Shown: positions 1-13,310, numbered from the stretch's first letter. The stretch: DNA of 64,000 nt from Chiloscyllium plagiosum (GCF_004010195.1 NC_057744.1:29253055-29317054); one strand, 5' to 3'. Notes: generated from the sequence alone by a model not told the origin. Program-made: numbers and translations.

Positions 1-250
1 TTCTCTCTCTCTCTCTCCTGCACTGTCCTCACCATGTGCTTCCTTTGTCTGCTCTTCTCCCTTTTAAACTGCTGTTGTTTTGACTTTTTTTTTCCAAAGT
101 TCCAAAACAATGCAACAGCATATAAAACAGTAATTGCTGCTCCTGGAATTCAAGGAAATCACCTCCAGCACCTAAAATACCTCAAAAAAAGGAGCAGCTC
201 TTACAGCCAGAAATTTTTCCCGTCCTCCATCTTGGATTACCCAGAATCCT
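1..250 (-). mobile_element. Probable 5' end/UTR of a shark LINE-type interspersed repeat, running off the window start
   Basis: Minus strand reads GATTCTGGGTAATCCAAGATGGAGGACGGG...GGAGAGAGAG, which resembles recalled shark LINE 5' termini; no ORF support in the window. Confidence 0.4.
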
Positions 251-937
251 ATATAGAAATGCGTTGGTCTGATGCAAAATGAATTTCATAAAATCATTGC
301 AGTCCTACCAAATCTCAATAGACTATAGGCCATTGATGGAAAATTATCAGACTTGGGGACCAACTGAGACCTCAGCACAGTTTTCGTAAGGGAGGAAGAG
401 GAAAACAATGCCAGGAAATTTCCAGTGGTGGTTTAGGCAAATACAGCCCTCAGCTCAATCTCTGGATTAAACAGGTTGCAATTTAAGTGTGTTTAAATAG
501 ACTCAAGGGGCAGTATTTAATGGTCTACTCCTAAGGCAGCTAAAATGGTGAGAGTGGCATTTCATTGGGCGAGTGGAGACTCTGCTATCTTCCCAACTCT
601 CCCTCGATGAAATCTGAGCTGATCAGTCTGGCTCATGGACAAACCCCTGTACTACCCCCAACTCAGCCCCTTCAATGGGAAATCAGTGTGCATCACCTGC
701 CAGTGAGGCAGCTGGGGCCCTGCTATATGAGCAACTTGAACAGTTGGAGTTCTTTTTTGGCTCCCAAGGTAGGTCCCACTGTTGAAGGCTTTCACCTTTC
801 ATTGGCAATGAGAGGAGGTTTATATTGTGCTGACAGATGTTGCTCAGGGTTTTATTTCATATGTCGGTGAGATGGAAATCTGTGTCTCTTCCATTAGTTG
901 TGTCCTGTAATGGTTAACTGTGCTGTCTGATTCTGTA

Positions 938-1100
938 GGAGAAACTGAGGACTGCAGATGCTGGAGATCAGAGTCAAAAAGGATGGTGCTGGAAAAGCAC
1001 AGCCGGTCAGGCAGCATCTGGGGAGCAGGAGAGTCAATGTTTCGGGCATAAGCCCTGACCAGCTGTGCTATTTCAGTGCCATCCTTTTCAACTCTGATTC
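938..1100. mobile_element. PLE-terminus fold-back insertion (family A), ribozyme core deleted
   Basis: GGAGAAACTGAGGACTGCAGATGCTGGAG...GTTTCGGGCATAAGCCC, then inverted arm TGACCAGCTGTGCT...CAACTCTGA; TCTGATTCTGT repeated at 926-936 and 1093-1103. Confidence 0.75.
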
Positions 1101-2979
1101 TGTGGAGTTTCCGCACACTTTTGCACATAGGATTGCACAAAACACTGTTGCGACTATATCTCTCATGAGTACAGACTGTTCCATTCCCTCTCCAAAGTCT
1201 CTTGCACAGGTCTGCTGATGCAGCTGTTACTGTTGTAGTTCATTATCACATTATTATCACCATTTTCAACATACAACAGAAGGCGCCCCAGCTGAGAGGC
1301 TTCGCCCAGCCTTTACCCCCATCATCCCCTATTGCCCACGCACCATGTTCCCCACCTCACTATCACACTCCTAGGCCCCTCTGGCCTTTGCGTGGGTCCA
1401 TTGCCAGCCATAACCATCATTCCATTGGCATTGCCAAGCAATGCATGAATTCAAGCTCCTAATTGGCTGGCAAATCTCGGCAAGGGCAGGATTTCCACCC
1501 GGGGTCCTTGAACTCAAGGAAGGCCTGCCAGTGCCCAGTTAAATGCCTGTTTGGCACCTTTTCATGACTCTTCCCCCTATCCCTTGCCCAACCCACTCTC
1601 GCCAAGGAAATGACCTGGGTCTCACAGGCTCTCCAGCCAATGGGCGAGAGCTCTATTACCTCCCTTAAATACTGCCCATAAGAGTTATTACAGGACAGTT
1701 GAAGCTTAATCACTCATCAAACCTGTATTGGCTATCTTTAGAACATTCGAATTCATTACATTTCCTGGTATAGTCATTATTAATCTTATTATTGAGTGAG
1801 TTGCTCCTAAGCTGATTTTGTAGACCCCATTCCAAGATCAGAAGACAATACCAATATCAGGAAATAGTCACTAACACCAAAAAACTTTTCCTTTATACAT
1901 CAATCAGTCCCAAACACTTCCTTCATCTCACATCTCTCAACCTCTTTACTTCAGACATGTCAATTTTCTTCTCTGTCCAAATCTGTAGTTTGAGTCGATG
2001 AACTTGCTTGCTTGCTCCATAACTCAAATGTCCTTTGTGTGAATCAGCTGTACTTAATTGGCTATCTTATTTCTGACCTCCAAACATTAATTTTTGTCCT
2101 TTAGTGTGTGAGTCCTTAACTGTAGTGAATAACTCATCAATTCCCGTTGTACACTGAAGTTTTGTCAACTGGCCCCATGGTATTCTTTCTTCAACCCTGC
2201 CACCACCATCTCTCCCCCCCATAAAGGAAATGAACCAATATTCCTTACCTTCCTCATAAATCCAGTCAGAACTTGACAAAGTAGTTCATCAGCAGTCGGG
2301 AGCACACCAAGGAGAACATGTGGGCAACCCATCAGAAACAATAACCAGGTCCAACTGTGGCTGACAGGAGCTCTGTAGAGGAAACAATAACAGCTTTGTC
2401 CATGCACAGAATGGGGCCTTACCACCATGACAATAGTGAGAGACAGCCAACAAAGCTAAACATATGGGCTCTGTTTATTTTCAGTCAGAAACTGAGGACG
2501 GGCTTACTGGTTGCTAAATTGAGAGAGAGTGTCTTTACTAAGGCTGTTGCCAATATGCAGAATACAGTGGCTGCTCAGTGTTCGCTATCCTCCGTCTCTC
2601 ACAAACATTTCGAGTCTCTTAATTGTGACTTACATTTATGTGCATATGCATGTATGCATACATTGACACATATGCACAAAAACGTAGGCAAAACGTTTGA
2701 CCCCATTAAGGTGTGCAAAACATTAATCACCAAATTTAATTCAAACAAACCTTTTTTTTCCAAGTAGCTGATGTGGCTCTTCTGCAGGGACTGCACAGCT
2801 TTAGCTGGTGACGTGATCACCACAAGACAAATGCTTATAAGAATTCTATCTATAGTAATGGGTACAAGGCAATAAAAGGAGAAATTTGCAATACCCCTGT
2901 CAATCAGATTCTACAAGCTATGAGGAAAACTAAACAGTGTGCTTGAATTGCACTTTGAAACATTGTACATCAATTTGCA

Positions 2980-3200
2980 GAATCAGAACCACAGAATTGT
3001 TATGGTGTAGCAGGAGGCCATTCAGCCCATTATGTCTTTGCTGGCTTTTTCAGCATTTTGATTCAGTGCCATTCTCCTGCTTTTTTTCCCCTATAAGGCT
3101 GCATATCATTTCTATCTAAATAATCATCTAATTTCCTCTTGAATACTGCATTTGAATCTGCCACATTTCCAGCCAGCAAATTTCATCCCTGAAACAGATG
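2980..3200 (-). mobile_element. Old CR1/HER1 LINE 3' end fragment
   Basis: CAGAATTGTTATGGTGTAGCAGGAGGCCATTCAGCCC...CTCTTGAAT, same pattern as 31913 and 51297. Confidence 0.6.
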
Positions 3201-4214
3201 GCACCTGTTTGCTTCCTGTTCCCTCGACCAAAAAAAAGAGATCGCAAGTTATTCTCTTTATTATTTGCCCCTTCTCCATTCCCCCCACCCAACCGTTTCT
3301 GAAAACATTAACGTGGATATGGCTATGACTTAGATTCTTTCTAAGGCATGAATTAACAGTAACTGAGCAGTCACGCACTTAGTACCAACATAAAACGTTC
3401 ACAAACGTATTGGGGATCATTTCTGGTGATTCTATCCTTTACTTGGTGAAAATCAAACTCTATGGATTATTGCCAGATCACAGAGCTGGATAACAAATAA
3501 ATTTATCAGGAATTACATTCAGGAAGAAAGATTAAGTATTAAGTGTTCTGATTCCATTTTGCAAAGTGGGACTTCAAGTTAATTTATTTGAAGATTTCAA
3601 GATTACAATAAGTTAGTCAAGACATATGTTCTGGTCAGTTGACCAAAATAATTATTTCATTTCATCCACGAAATGGCTATCTAATTGGGAGACAGCCTTC
3701 AGAATTCTGATCCATTGAGCTACCTACTTGCTGAACCTTCCCATAGGAACAACCTTAGTTTCCAATTTAGATGTTGACATACCCAGTTTCAATATGTTAA
3801 TAGTTAACATTAAAGCGTATTCTAAAAATGTATTATGACACCAGGAAACAGGATGGGAAATGCATATACAAAGGCTTTAATAATATGTATGGCCAGATGG
3901 AGAGATTCTGGCCACTTTGATCTCGTTAGATTGTTGACTATGGTGAAAGGAGGTGGGGGTAGGGTTTGGCAGGGAAGTAAATTCCAAAGGAAACACAAGT
4001 TAAGCATTCTGGATGAAGAGTAAGTATTTCTTTCTCACTGAAAGATAATAGATATATGCAATGGGTCAACATGGAAAACCATTGGAGTGAATGGTGGAAG
4101 AGAGTTTCAGAGGCAATCAAATATGTTTCAAGAGAGACAAGATTGGCAAGGAGAAGGGTAAATGGGATTAAGGTCAAACTATGTCTGCTGTGTCGAACTT
4201 TGCTTTGAAAAGGT

Positions 4215-4462
4215 TTAAAAAAGATGTGAGGGACAACGTTTTTACACAGAGAGTGGTTCATGAAATGAACTTCCAGAGGAAGTGGTGAATGCAGATGCAA
4301 TTGCAATGTTTAATAGACATTTGGATGAGTACATGAAGAAGAAATGCTTGGAGAGGTATGAGCTGAGTGCAGGCAGGTGGGACTAGTTTACTTTGGGTAT
4401 ATGGTCGGCATGGATTGTTTGACCTGTATGGTCTGTTTCTGTGCTGTATGAATCTGTGACTT
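4215..4462 (+). mobile_element. CR1/HER1 LINE 3' fragment
   Basis: GGGACAACGTTTTTACACAGAGAGTGG (FFTQRVV-type motif) through CTGTGCTGTATGAATCTGTGAC tail. Confidence 0.85.
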
Positions 4463-4747
4463 TATAAATTATATTCTGTTTTAGAAGGAGAAAAATGTTT
4501 GTTCCCAAGAAACAGAGGGAGGCCAATTTGCCCTTCGAGCCAGATCCCCCATTCACACAGAGTGTGGTTGACCAGTGGCATATTTACTTTCACCCCTTAT
4601 CTTTTTGTAACCTCAATTAACAAAGATTTCAGGATTAAGATCAGAAATTGATCTTATCATCTGTCATTTGTGAAACAATTACGATTGTCTAGCACCTTTT
4701 GTGTGCAGGAGTATTTCATAATTTTATCCTAAAAAGAATCAGAGAGG

Positions 4748-4892
4748 AAGAATCCCTACAGTATGGAAATAGCCCTGCAGCCCAACAAGTCCACATCGAA
4801 CCTCCAAAGACGACCCTACCCAGACCAATTCCCCTACATTTATCCCTGACTAATGCACCTAACTTACACATCCCTGAACACTATTGGCAATT
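4748..4892 (-). mobile_element. HE1 SINE 3' fragment
   Basis: AGAATCCCTACAG...CCCTACCCAGACC...CACCTAACTTACACATCCCTGAACACTATTGGCAATTT. Confidence 0.8.
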
Positions 4893-5048
4893 TTGTACAT
4901 CTGCACATCTTGTGTAATTTGTCCATGCAATTTAAGCATCCTACCAAGGAATCATTCTGATATATCTGCATTGCACTCTTTCCAAGGCCAATATAATTTC
5001 TGAAAGTTATCTGGCCTGGAAATGCTCACACAGTGGTGTGATCTAACC

Positions 5049-5082
5049 TGATGAAGAGCATGTGCCCGAAACATCGATTCCC
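5049..5082 (+). mobile_element. 34-bp hammerhead-core-only insertion in an old CR1 fragment
   Basis: CTGATGA(5048-5054) AGAGCATGTGCCC GAAAC ATCGATTC; flanked by GTGATCTAACC (5038-5048) and GTGGTTTAACC (5083-5093), 9/11 identical. Confidence 0.6.
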
Positions 5083-7654
5083 GTGGTTTAACCATGGCCT
5101 TGTATAGCTGAAGTGTGACTTCTTCCTCTTGTAGATGTGAAGCACCATTTTGTTAGCCTTTTTGTTTGTTTTCTGTACTTGTTCATGACATTTTAATGAT
5201 CTTTGCACACAGACGCTCCATGTTATTGGACTCAACCATTCCTAATATTTTGTTACAATCTACAAAGTACTCTCTACTTTCCTATTTAGGTTCCTACTTT
5301 TACCTACATTTCCAAAATGGTGCCACGTCAACAACATTTATGCCTCTATCTGCACTAATCCCAATGCTGACTACCTTTGTAAACTTGGATATATTTCTGT
5401 AGTTCTCACAATATGGATTTTTCTGCTCTTATTGTTGGTCTGTGTTTCTCAGATTTGAAAACTTTATTTTAAGTGGGAGACCAAGATGGCTGCCTTACTA
5501 GGTTCCTTACTAAAGAAGTTTTAGGACTTGATTGAACTGCCACAACCTGGGCCTTTGTGTGCAGCAACTCACCAACGAGGTCTGAGACAACCAATGTCAT
5601 GGTTTCTGAAAAATGATGCATCCCAGTTAGGAAATCTCTTCTGAATAACCTCAGGACCTAGAGACTTCTTCAGACGAAGACATCCTTTGTCCTTTCAAGA
5701 CCGTGCGGCAGCTTAAATTCACAGTTCCAATCAGATAGCTCTCAGCAGTCACTATCTGTGCAATTTTAGTGTTCATTCTTAAAAAGAGAAGGAAGTTCCA
5801 GAAAATTCCATGTTAATAATGGTTCATGTTTTATAAGTTATGAATATGATAAGATTCCACAACAGATGTTTATGGGACACCACCAGATACCTCCCGCTAA
5901 TTCAACTACCCTCCCATTATCACTTCTTTCTGTCTCCTAACACTCAGCCAATGCCCAGACAAGACACCAATTTGCTATAAGTTTCATGGGTTTCAGCCTT
6001 AAATATCTGTTGCTTTTGGGACATTTTATTGTCTGCCTTTTGGAAGTCCATATAAATAACATCCATTGACATTCTCTTGTCATTCTGAGATGGAAACAAA
6101 CAGTAAAATTGTCAAATGATACATATTGGCACAAATTATCATGTATGTTTCAAAATGGAGGTACAGCACAACAACTGCATTCAAAGTATTACTGTTTTTA
6201 TTTACTGTTTCTTTTCCCTCTGTGAATACATTAGTTATCTCTTCAAAAATTCAATTAGGTTTCGGTCTGACAAATTCATGCTGGCTTCCTCTGCTCTGAA
6301 AATGTTCAAGGTGTTTAGACCCCTATCCTTAATTATAGACTCAATAATAATTTCCTCACAACAGATGTTCAGCTGACTGGTCCATAATTTCCTGGTTTCC
6401 CTCTGTCATCTTTTTTAAATAGTACAGGGATGAATGTGAACGTTAATCTGTGGGAGCTAAAAGCCATGTTTTGTAAGTGCTTATACTCGATGGCAGATAC
6501 TTAATTGTGGGAAGTGCAGCCACTGGAAACCTTTATCATACTTACAGGATATTCTTATGCAATTACCTTGTGTTGCATTTGTGTTTGTTATTAGTTAAAA
6601 TTCCTGGAGCTGTGGAGTCTGTCCCTGAACACATTCCTTGGAGGTGCCTGTATACATTGCCACCATGGCAACAGGAATGCCTTACGTGATCATTTTATAA
6701 CAAAGATTTGTAACCATTTCTTTTACAGACATTGACCTTGAGAATTTATGAAATCTGATTCACCTCACGGTGTTGCATCTAAAATGGCCACTGCTATTTC
6801 AAGATGCGTTCCGATGCCTGAATTTGGAGGAGTGGCTTAGCACATCAGTACATCAATTCACCACACAATATGCAATCTGTTAAGTCCTTGGACTACAATC
6901 ACTGTTATCTTATAGGTATGCATATCAGCCTCTTTAATGTAGTCATGTCCTGCAAAAACGAATCTGTTTTAGGGTGTTTGATTGAGAGGGAAGAGATCAT
7001 AAGAAGACAAATGGGCCATTGAACTGCTTGACTGCTTGAGGCTGTTCTGTGACATTCAGTTAGACCCTGGCTGACCTGTACTTTAACTGAGTTCATCCTC
7101 CTTCATCAATATTCCTTAACAAAACTCTAATAGTCTCAGTTCCGAAAGTCCTATTTGGTCCCCATCCATGGCCTTTTGGGAAAAAGAATTACAGGTTCGG
7201 GTTTCCATGATGTGGAGAACCCTCTGACTTTATTCAGATAAAGTATTGTAAGATCCTCAATATCTACCTGGATCAATGGACAAGACAGGTAAGGCCTCAG
7301 CTGAACATCTCAACCAAAGGACGACATCTCTAACAATGGATTACTCCCTCAGTAATGGGCTCAAGTGTGAACAAATACAATTCCTAGTTTTGAATGTCCC
7401 CTCCTGAAACTTTGAGTGCTCAGGTCATAATGCATACCATAGCCCTGCCTAAGATCAGCCGATCATCCAGGTCTATAGCTCAAGACATAACCAAATGAAC
7501 CTTTGAAGAGCCTGAAAACATAGCAGCCAGTGAACATCTATGTTAAAGGTCTCAATAAACTGAAGGCATTATTGGTACTAATTCAGTAACCAAAATATGC
7601 CATTTAGAAAGGTGAGCTATTGAACTGAGTCAGTAATGCCCCTCTATGTCCATC

Positions 7655-8035
7655 TTGGCTCAGCCTGCTGCAGCCTCTGAATCAAAAGGTCACATGTTAC
7701 AGCCGCACTACAGAACTGAGGCAACACTCCAGTGAAGTATAAAGAAATCTGGAACTGTTGGAGGTGTCACCTGATGAAATATTAAACTGTGGTATCACCT
7801 ACCCTCTCAGGTGAACAGATAAGATCTTATGGTACAACTCAAAGAAGAGAAGTGCCATCCTCCGAGTATCCAATGGAACATTTGTCCTTTATTCTATGCT
7901 GCCAAACAGATTATCTGGCCAAGTCTCTCATTGCTGTTCCACAGGCTTTGTTCTGAGCAAATTGGTCACCACATTACAAAGCTTTTGTTATGTTAAGAGG
8001 TTGTATAAGGTACTAGTGATACAAATTCTTTCTTT
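7655..8035 (+). mobile_element. SacSINE1/DeuSINE-like SINE (old)
   Basis: ACACTCCAGTGAAGTA...CCCTCTCAGGTGAAC...CAGATTATCTGG...CATTGCTGTT...CAAATTCTTTCTTT. Confidence 0.6.
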
Positions 8036-8974
8036 CTCTCTTTCTGTTTGACTAACTCTCTAATTAAGACAATGACAAAAACTTGCACTGATACATTTAA
8101 CACAGTGATGTACTGTGGAACTTTACACAGATGGAAGGTAACCTGGGATTGCCTAATAGCAGAAAATGATTAAGGGAGACGACTGAAGAGAAAATCAAAG
8201 GGGTACAGGCAGAGGGTTTAAAAAATGCAACTCTAAGTATCCCATATGCCTTAAACATCCTGCATCAGTATGTGTAATACTTGAAAAGGAAGGAGCCTTC
8301 CCATTTGGGGGAGGGGCAGGAGAAGGCACAAGAAGTAACTCAAGAGGCAGCCAGATGTGAGAGTGACACTGTTTGCATTGTTTAAGAGCAGGAAGCCTGT
8401 AAGCTTTCTTGGTTAGAATCACAGGAAGGGACTGTGGAGACAGGGATGCTGCACAGGAGGGGAGGGCAGTCTCTTGATGAGTTACTGTGTGCAACTCTGG
8501 GGTCTGGCAGTCACCAGTGACCACCACCTCCTGGCCTGTCACTCACTGCATTCAGATCAGAAAAAAAGAAAGTTTGTTTGCTCAATCTCAAGGGCAGTTT
8601 CTGGCTGTTTGAGAGTTTCAATCTAATTCGAACCGTGGAAATGTTGGACGATCTAAAAAGAAATACTTCTTTTGGATTTGGCATTGATTCAATTTCAGTT
8701 CATTTCAACGTTCAACATTTATAGATACTCAAATGATCTGTCTGAATCATCACCTTCCATTTGTAGCTAAGTGAAACATGTTCTGATGTTTGAACTGCTG
8801 TTTGCTGAAATTGCAGCTTTTGCACTACATTGATTTGCAATCTAGCAGTCAATTCCAAACAGTTTCTCAACTGCTGTGAAGGAGTCAGCCTAGAAAGGAC
8901 ACTCACTATTAATCAAAGTGTCAACCCAGAGTGGCACTACATCTACATTGAATTGAAAGGTGTGGATGAACTCT

Positions 8975-9900
8975 GCTATCTAGACTCAACGGTCTGTTCG
9001 ACATCACTTTCTAAAACACAACCACTTCCACACAGAAGGACAAGGGTAGCAGACAAATGAAAACCTCACAATCTGCAAGTTCCCCTCCAAGCCACTTACC
9101 ATCCTGACTTGGAAATTTATCAGCATTCCTTCAGTGTCTTTGGGTCAAAATCCTGGAATTCCCTCTAAGGGCATTGTGGGTCTACTTCCAGCATATGAAC
9201 TGCAGCGTTTCAGAGTGGCAGCACACCCCCACCATCTCAAGGGAAACTAGTGTTATGGACCAGGGTAGACACTTTCAAAATATTTTAAGCAGGTAACTTT
9301 TCTATTTTCTTTTAGACAGACGTGAAGTGGATATTCCAGGAGTGATGCAACTGGTCAAACCACTAAGCTTTAAACAAAACAGAATTTATTGAAACACTAT
9401 GTATGTAACATGAACAAAGGAAAACAGAATTTAGAATAACAACTTATTTGATAGCCCAATTGACTCTATCGCAACTTAACAACAGAGCTGTACCAATCCC
9501 TGCACATTCCACAAACACACCCCTTGGCAAAAGGTAAATTCAAACGCAGGTTCTTACAGGCAAGAGAGATTTCAGAGAGAAAGTTTAGGCAAGACCTCTG
9601 TTGAAGCATGGAACCTCTTTTCACTGTGGCTGTTTCTCAAGACTCCCAACAGTTTTTGACTGCTTACTAAAAACAGACCAAACTGGAAAAACAACCTGAA
9701 CTTGGAGAACTGGCCACTCCCCTGCCCTTGCTTTCAAGTTGCCATTTCCAGACAAATTGGAACCTCTGCCTTTACCACCCCTCTCGAAAAAAGCCAAAGA
9801 CAACATAACCTTGTTAATGGGGCATCATCATCACACTAGGGGCAGGCAATAAATGCTAGCCAAGCCAGTGATGCCCACATCCCAGGAGTAAATAACAAAA
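8975..9900 (+). mobile_element. 3' end of a CR1-group non-LTR LINE (clade uncertain), split by a solo LTR
   Basis: AGAAGGACAAGGGTAGCAGA...CTCAAGGGAAACTAG | GGGCAGGCAATAAATGCTAGCC...CCCACATCCC; same family in reverse at 51235, 53060 and 57890. Confidence 0.75.
9251..9835 (-). mobile_element. Solo LTR (Gypsy/ERV-type), 585 bp
   Basis: Ends TGTTATG...CATCACA (TG..CA, 6/7 inverted match); 4-bp TSD CTAG at 9247-9250 and 9836-9839; AATAAA on minus strand at 9385-9390; the host LINE rejoins when it is removed. Confidence 0.85.
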
Positions 9901-10029
9901 AAGTGAAATGATCCCAAATAAGACAAGATAAATTTGCATTGGTACAACTGCATCATTTACAAAACTGCAAGCTGGATACTGGAATGACTCAAAACTCTCA
10001 ATAACTATATGACTAAGATTCCAAAAGGT

Positions 10030-10380
10030 CTACATACTACATCCTGTTGTGTGGTGTGGAACCCTTGACTACATATCAGAAGCAGGGATGCAGATTAAGT
10101 TCATTGCATGCATATTTCTTGAGAAAGATCCTTGCGATCCATTGGTAACATAGAGTCCCTAACACAGCATTGCTGAAGCTTTCTCAGTATCATGGCAATG
10201 GTCATATGACCTCAGCTCTGACGGCAAGGCCATGTCATTTGGAATGAATTGTGGTCACTGGCAGAAAGATGCATTTTATGACAAGTTTGATGCTGACGGT
10301 AGATCTGTTGTCTGGACAAAAATAAGACATATGGAATCTGATAGGTAAGGTGTCATTACATGCAAGATTGACTTTAAAAA
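10030..10380 (+). mobile_element. Degraded RTE-clade LINE RT C-terminal fragment
   Basis: Hand translation HAYFLRKILAIHW*HRVPNTALLK ... QL*RQGHVI ... WQKDAFY resembles RTE/BovB LRRILxIxWxDRVPNTEVL / QLRWxGHV. Confidence 0.6.
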
Positions 10381-10857
10381 TCAGGAACAGTCTTCACATG
10401 ATTGAAGCTTTCATGCTGAAGTGTCCACACTAAAGCTTGGAATTTGTTTCCAAGATTTCCACAGAAAAATGTAGCCACCCCCATTCAAAGATTGATGACC
10501 TATAATGCCCTCACTAAATAATAATGACTTGCTCAGATTGAATTAACTGCCAGGTCTGAAGACTCAAAACAGATAGGCAGCAGATTTAAATTAATAGCAA
10601 TGCCAAAGAAGAGAATAAGCATTTGATTCCAAGTTTTCCTTCTCTCTCGAAGGTTCTGAGTCCAGAAGGTAATTTGACAAAGGGTTCATGTATCTGTGTT
10701 GACACTGGATGTCTGGAGGGCATTCTACCCTGAAGGGGAACTGCAATTGGGCCAAATCCTGTTCTCACATTCATTTTTTTCAGCAGGAGGGCATTTATTA
10801 TTAGTCAAGACTGGAAACAGTGGTTAATCTTTTTCCCACAGCCCACAGACACAGAGG

Positions 10858-11050
10858 CAGGCCAATATTTATCCTTCAACTAACACCTCAAAAAACATTT
10901 ATCTAGGCATTATCACATTGCTGTTGTGTAAGTTTTCTTCATGTTCCCACCTTCCCAACATTACAGCAGTGATCACTGCACTTAGCTATAAAGAGCTTAG
11001 GGAGGTCCTGGGGTTGTGAAAGTTGCAATGTACGTACGAGTCTTTCATTT
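10858..11050 (+). mobile_element. SacSINE1/DeuSINE-like 3' half
   Basis: GGCCAATATTTATCCTTCAAC...CATTATCACATTGCTGTT...GAGTCTTTC. Confidence 0.65.
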
Positions 11051-11879
11051 TTGTTCACTGACATCACCCACTGGCATTCCAAGTCCATAATCTGTCACAA
11101 AATATTTTGAGATGGAGAATAAGAGATGACATCTATTTCTTTACTTAGCTTTTCGGTCCCCACTTTCTCCAAACATTTCCCAGTTGCAGATGAATGCCCA
11201 GCCCATAAGCCCACCACCCACACTTTCAGACCCTCATCCAAGTCTGTGGTCCATTCACTAGCTGTTGACTGGTTCCACACTCCCCGTGCAAAGGTGTTGC
11301 AGCAAAAAAATATATAATTATTTGGACAAGCTACTGGCTAGGGAGCACTGACAGTTGTTTCTTAGCTTGACTGATTCAGTCTTTTTTTCTGAATCAGCTT
11401 GTTAGTTCCTGTGTGGGCAGCATTTTAAAGCGCAGTCATTAAAATCTATTTCTGTTTCCTATTTCACTCTCAACTGCTATTGCTGCTGAGTATTCTTCCA
11501 GTGGGGAAAGGCAAAATAATGCCTGGGAGTCATTCAAACACATTAGTATACTGATCATGAACTATTGATAATGAGTTCACATTATTCCTAACTGTAGTGG
11601 CACAGACCAGCTTGTCCTATCCCAAAGATAAGCAAACCCTAAGTTTTTCAGATCCAGAGAATGGGTCTGTCCACGTCAGGGTTAAAGGTGCAGTACAAAG
11701 ACTGAAGGTAGTGGAGAAAGAGCAGAGTTCAGATCTGGAAATAAATCAAAAGATTTACTGCTTTTTACCAATTATTTCAGATTGGTGAAAACTACAATGA
11801 TATGTAAATTTTGAAAGAATTTTTAGTTCTAGTATCTATGGAACATGATGAGTGATTATTTGAAAGGGCACAGTAAAAA

Positions 11880-12320
11880 ATAGATTTTGCATCCGTTTGG
11901 TGCTTTTTATAGCCTCAAGATGTCTCAATGTATTTCACAGTAAATTGAGCACTTTTGAAGCATTGCCACAGATGTACTTCAGGGAACAGTGCAGCCAATT
12001 GACTCATAGACAGATCCCACAATCAATAATGAGAGTAATAATTGAATTGATTTTTTTTGTAGTTGAATGATATATGTTGGTTTGGGGATCAGGGTAGGTC
12101 CTCTGCTCTTCTGAAAAATTGCACCACAAGATAGTTTACATGCAACAAGGAGAATTGGCATGTTTGTGTTTGCAGGATAGCATCTCTGATAGTGCAGCAT
12201 TCCCTCAAGGACAGGACTGACGTGTTAACTGAGATTATATATTTGCGTCTCAGAATATAGCGTTGAACTGTGTCCGTCAGTCACCAGGATGAAAATGCTA
12301 TCATTAATCCAAGACTGACA
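11880..12320 (-). mobile_element. SacSINE1/DeuSINE-like SINE (old)
   Basis: Reverse of the Deu-type body: CACTTTTGAAG...CAGCCAATT...GATCCCACAA...GTGCAGCATTCCCTCA. Confidence 0.6.
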
Positions 12321-12374
12321 CCAGAGTAGATTGTCCAAGGTCTTCCATTCCCAAAACATTTATTTTATGAGTTT

Positions 12375-12500
12375 TGATTAAAGGTTATTGACCTGAAATG
12401 TTTACTCTATTTCTCGTTCCACAAGGTCACCTGACCTGCTGCATAGTTCCACCATTTTCCATTTTGATTTCCGCATCCACAGCATTTTCTTTTTGTTTCA
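12375..12500 (+). mobile_element. Degenerate PLE terminus (family D)
   Basis: AAGGTTATTGACCTGAAATGTTTACTCT...TGACCTGCTG...CATCCACAGCATTTT. Confidence 0.55.
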
Positions 12501-13181
12501 TATTTACTGTTGGTTCAGAGTGACATGGTGGCTGTAGCCTTGGTGATGATAACCTAATATTGATGGTACATATTCAATTGATCCGTGCCATCATATATCA
12601 CAATCTTTTACTTGTTGAATATGATCTATTACGGGCTGTCCCAATGCCAATTAACTATCATTACATCGAACACTCTGGCATTTTATTTGGTGGCTCTCTG
12701 ATTACAGTATGTATGGTAAGTACTGGTGATAATGAAAATGTTGCTTGCAGGATGTATGGATTTTGTGAGCTGACTAGGAATGTCTAGCAACCACTGAACA
12801 ATCATCTTCAGATGTAACTGTTTCTCTTAATATTTGCCCATCAGTGAAATTGGATTTGACATGATCATTCTTGATTTCATGAGAGTATTCATGAGCAAAT
12901 ATTTGAAAGGATTCAATGATGGATTAAAGGTTTTGTCCAAATCAATACCCTCTCTACACTGACTGGTCTTCAATTCTATCCCTCACCACACGAAATCAAA
13001 GATCCTCACATTTGTATCTCTGGAGTACAAGTAGTTGCCTGGTGGATAGTGGGTCCCTGAGATACACTCCCCTGTGATGGGAGAGGTTTCCGTGGTTTCC
13101 CTGGCCATGACCCATTTGCAGGCTCGTCACCCTGGCAAGGTCTTATGCTGAGATAAAGAAGGCATTGACATGAATATAACT

Positions 13182-13310
13182 CAAGTAAAAGCAACATATT
13201 GCAGATGCTGAAGATCTGAAATAAGAACAGGAATTGCTGGAGAAACTTAGCAGATTTGACAGTATTTGCGGAGAGACAATCTTTCTAATCCTATGTGATG
13301 CTTCTTCAGA
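13182..13310 (-). mobile_element. PLE terminus insertion (family D-like) beginning at CTGAAGA
   Basis: TCTTCAG at 13303-13309 (CTGAAGA on minus); TATAACT duplicated at 13175-13181 and 13312-13318. Confidence 0.65.

Noticed and set aside
500-1720. GC-richer segments (also near 19050-19320, 22590-23030, 55310-55600 and 59900-60200)
   Set aside because: Probably old unclassified shark repeats, but ends and family could not be defined by eye
11371-11397. 9-bp hairpin CTGATTCAG/CTGAATCAG with a T-rich loop
   Set aside because: Short enough to arise by chance in 64 kb; no terminator or RNA-gene context
11640-11710. Possible plus-strand exon (TTTTTCAG...AAG/GTAGTG)
   Set aside because: Weak splice sites, no recognisable peptide and no partner exons
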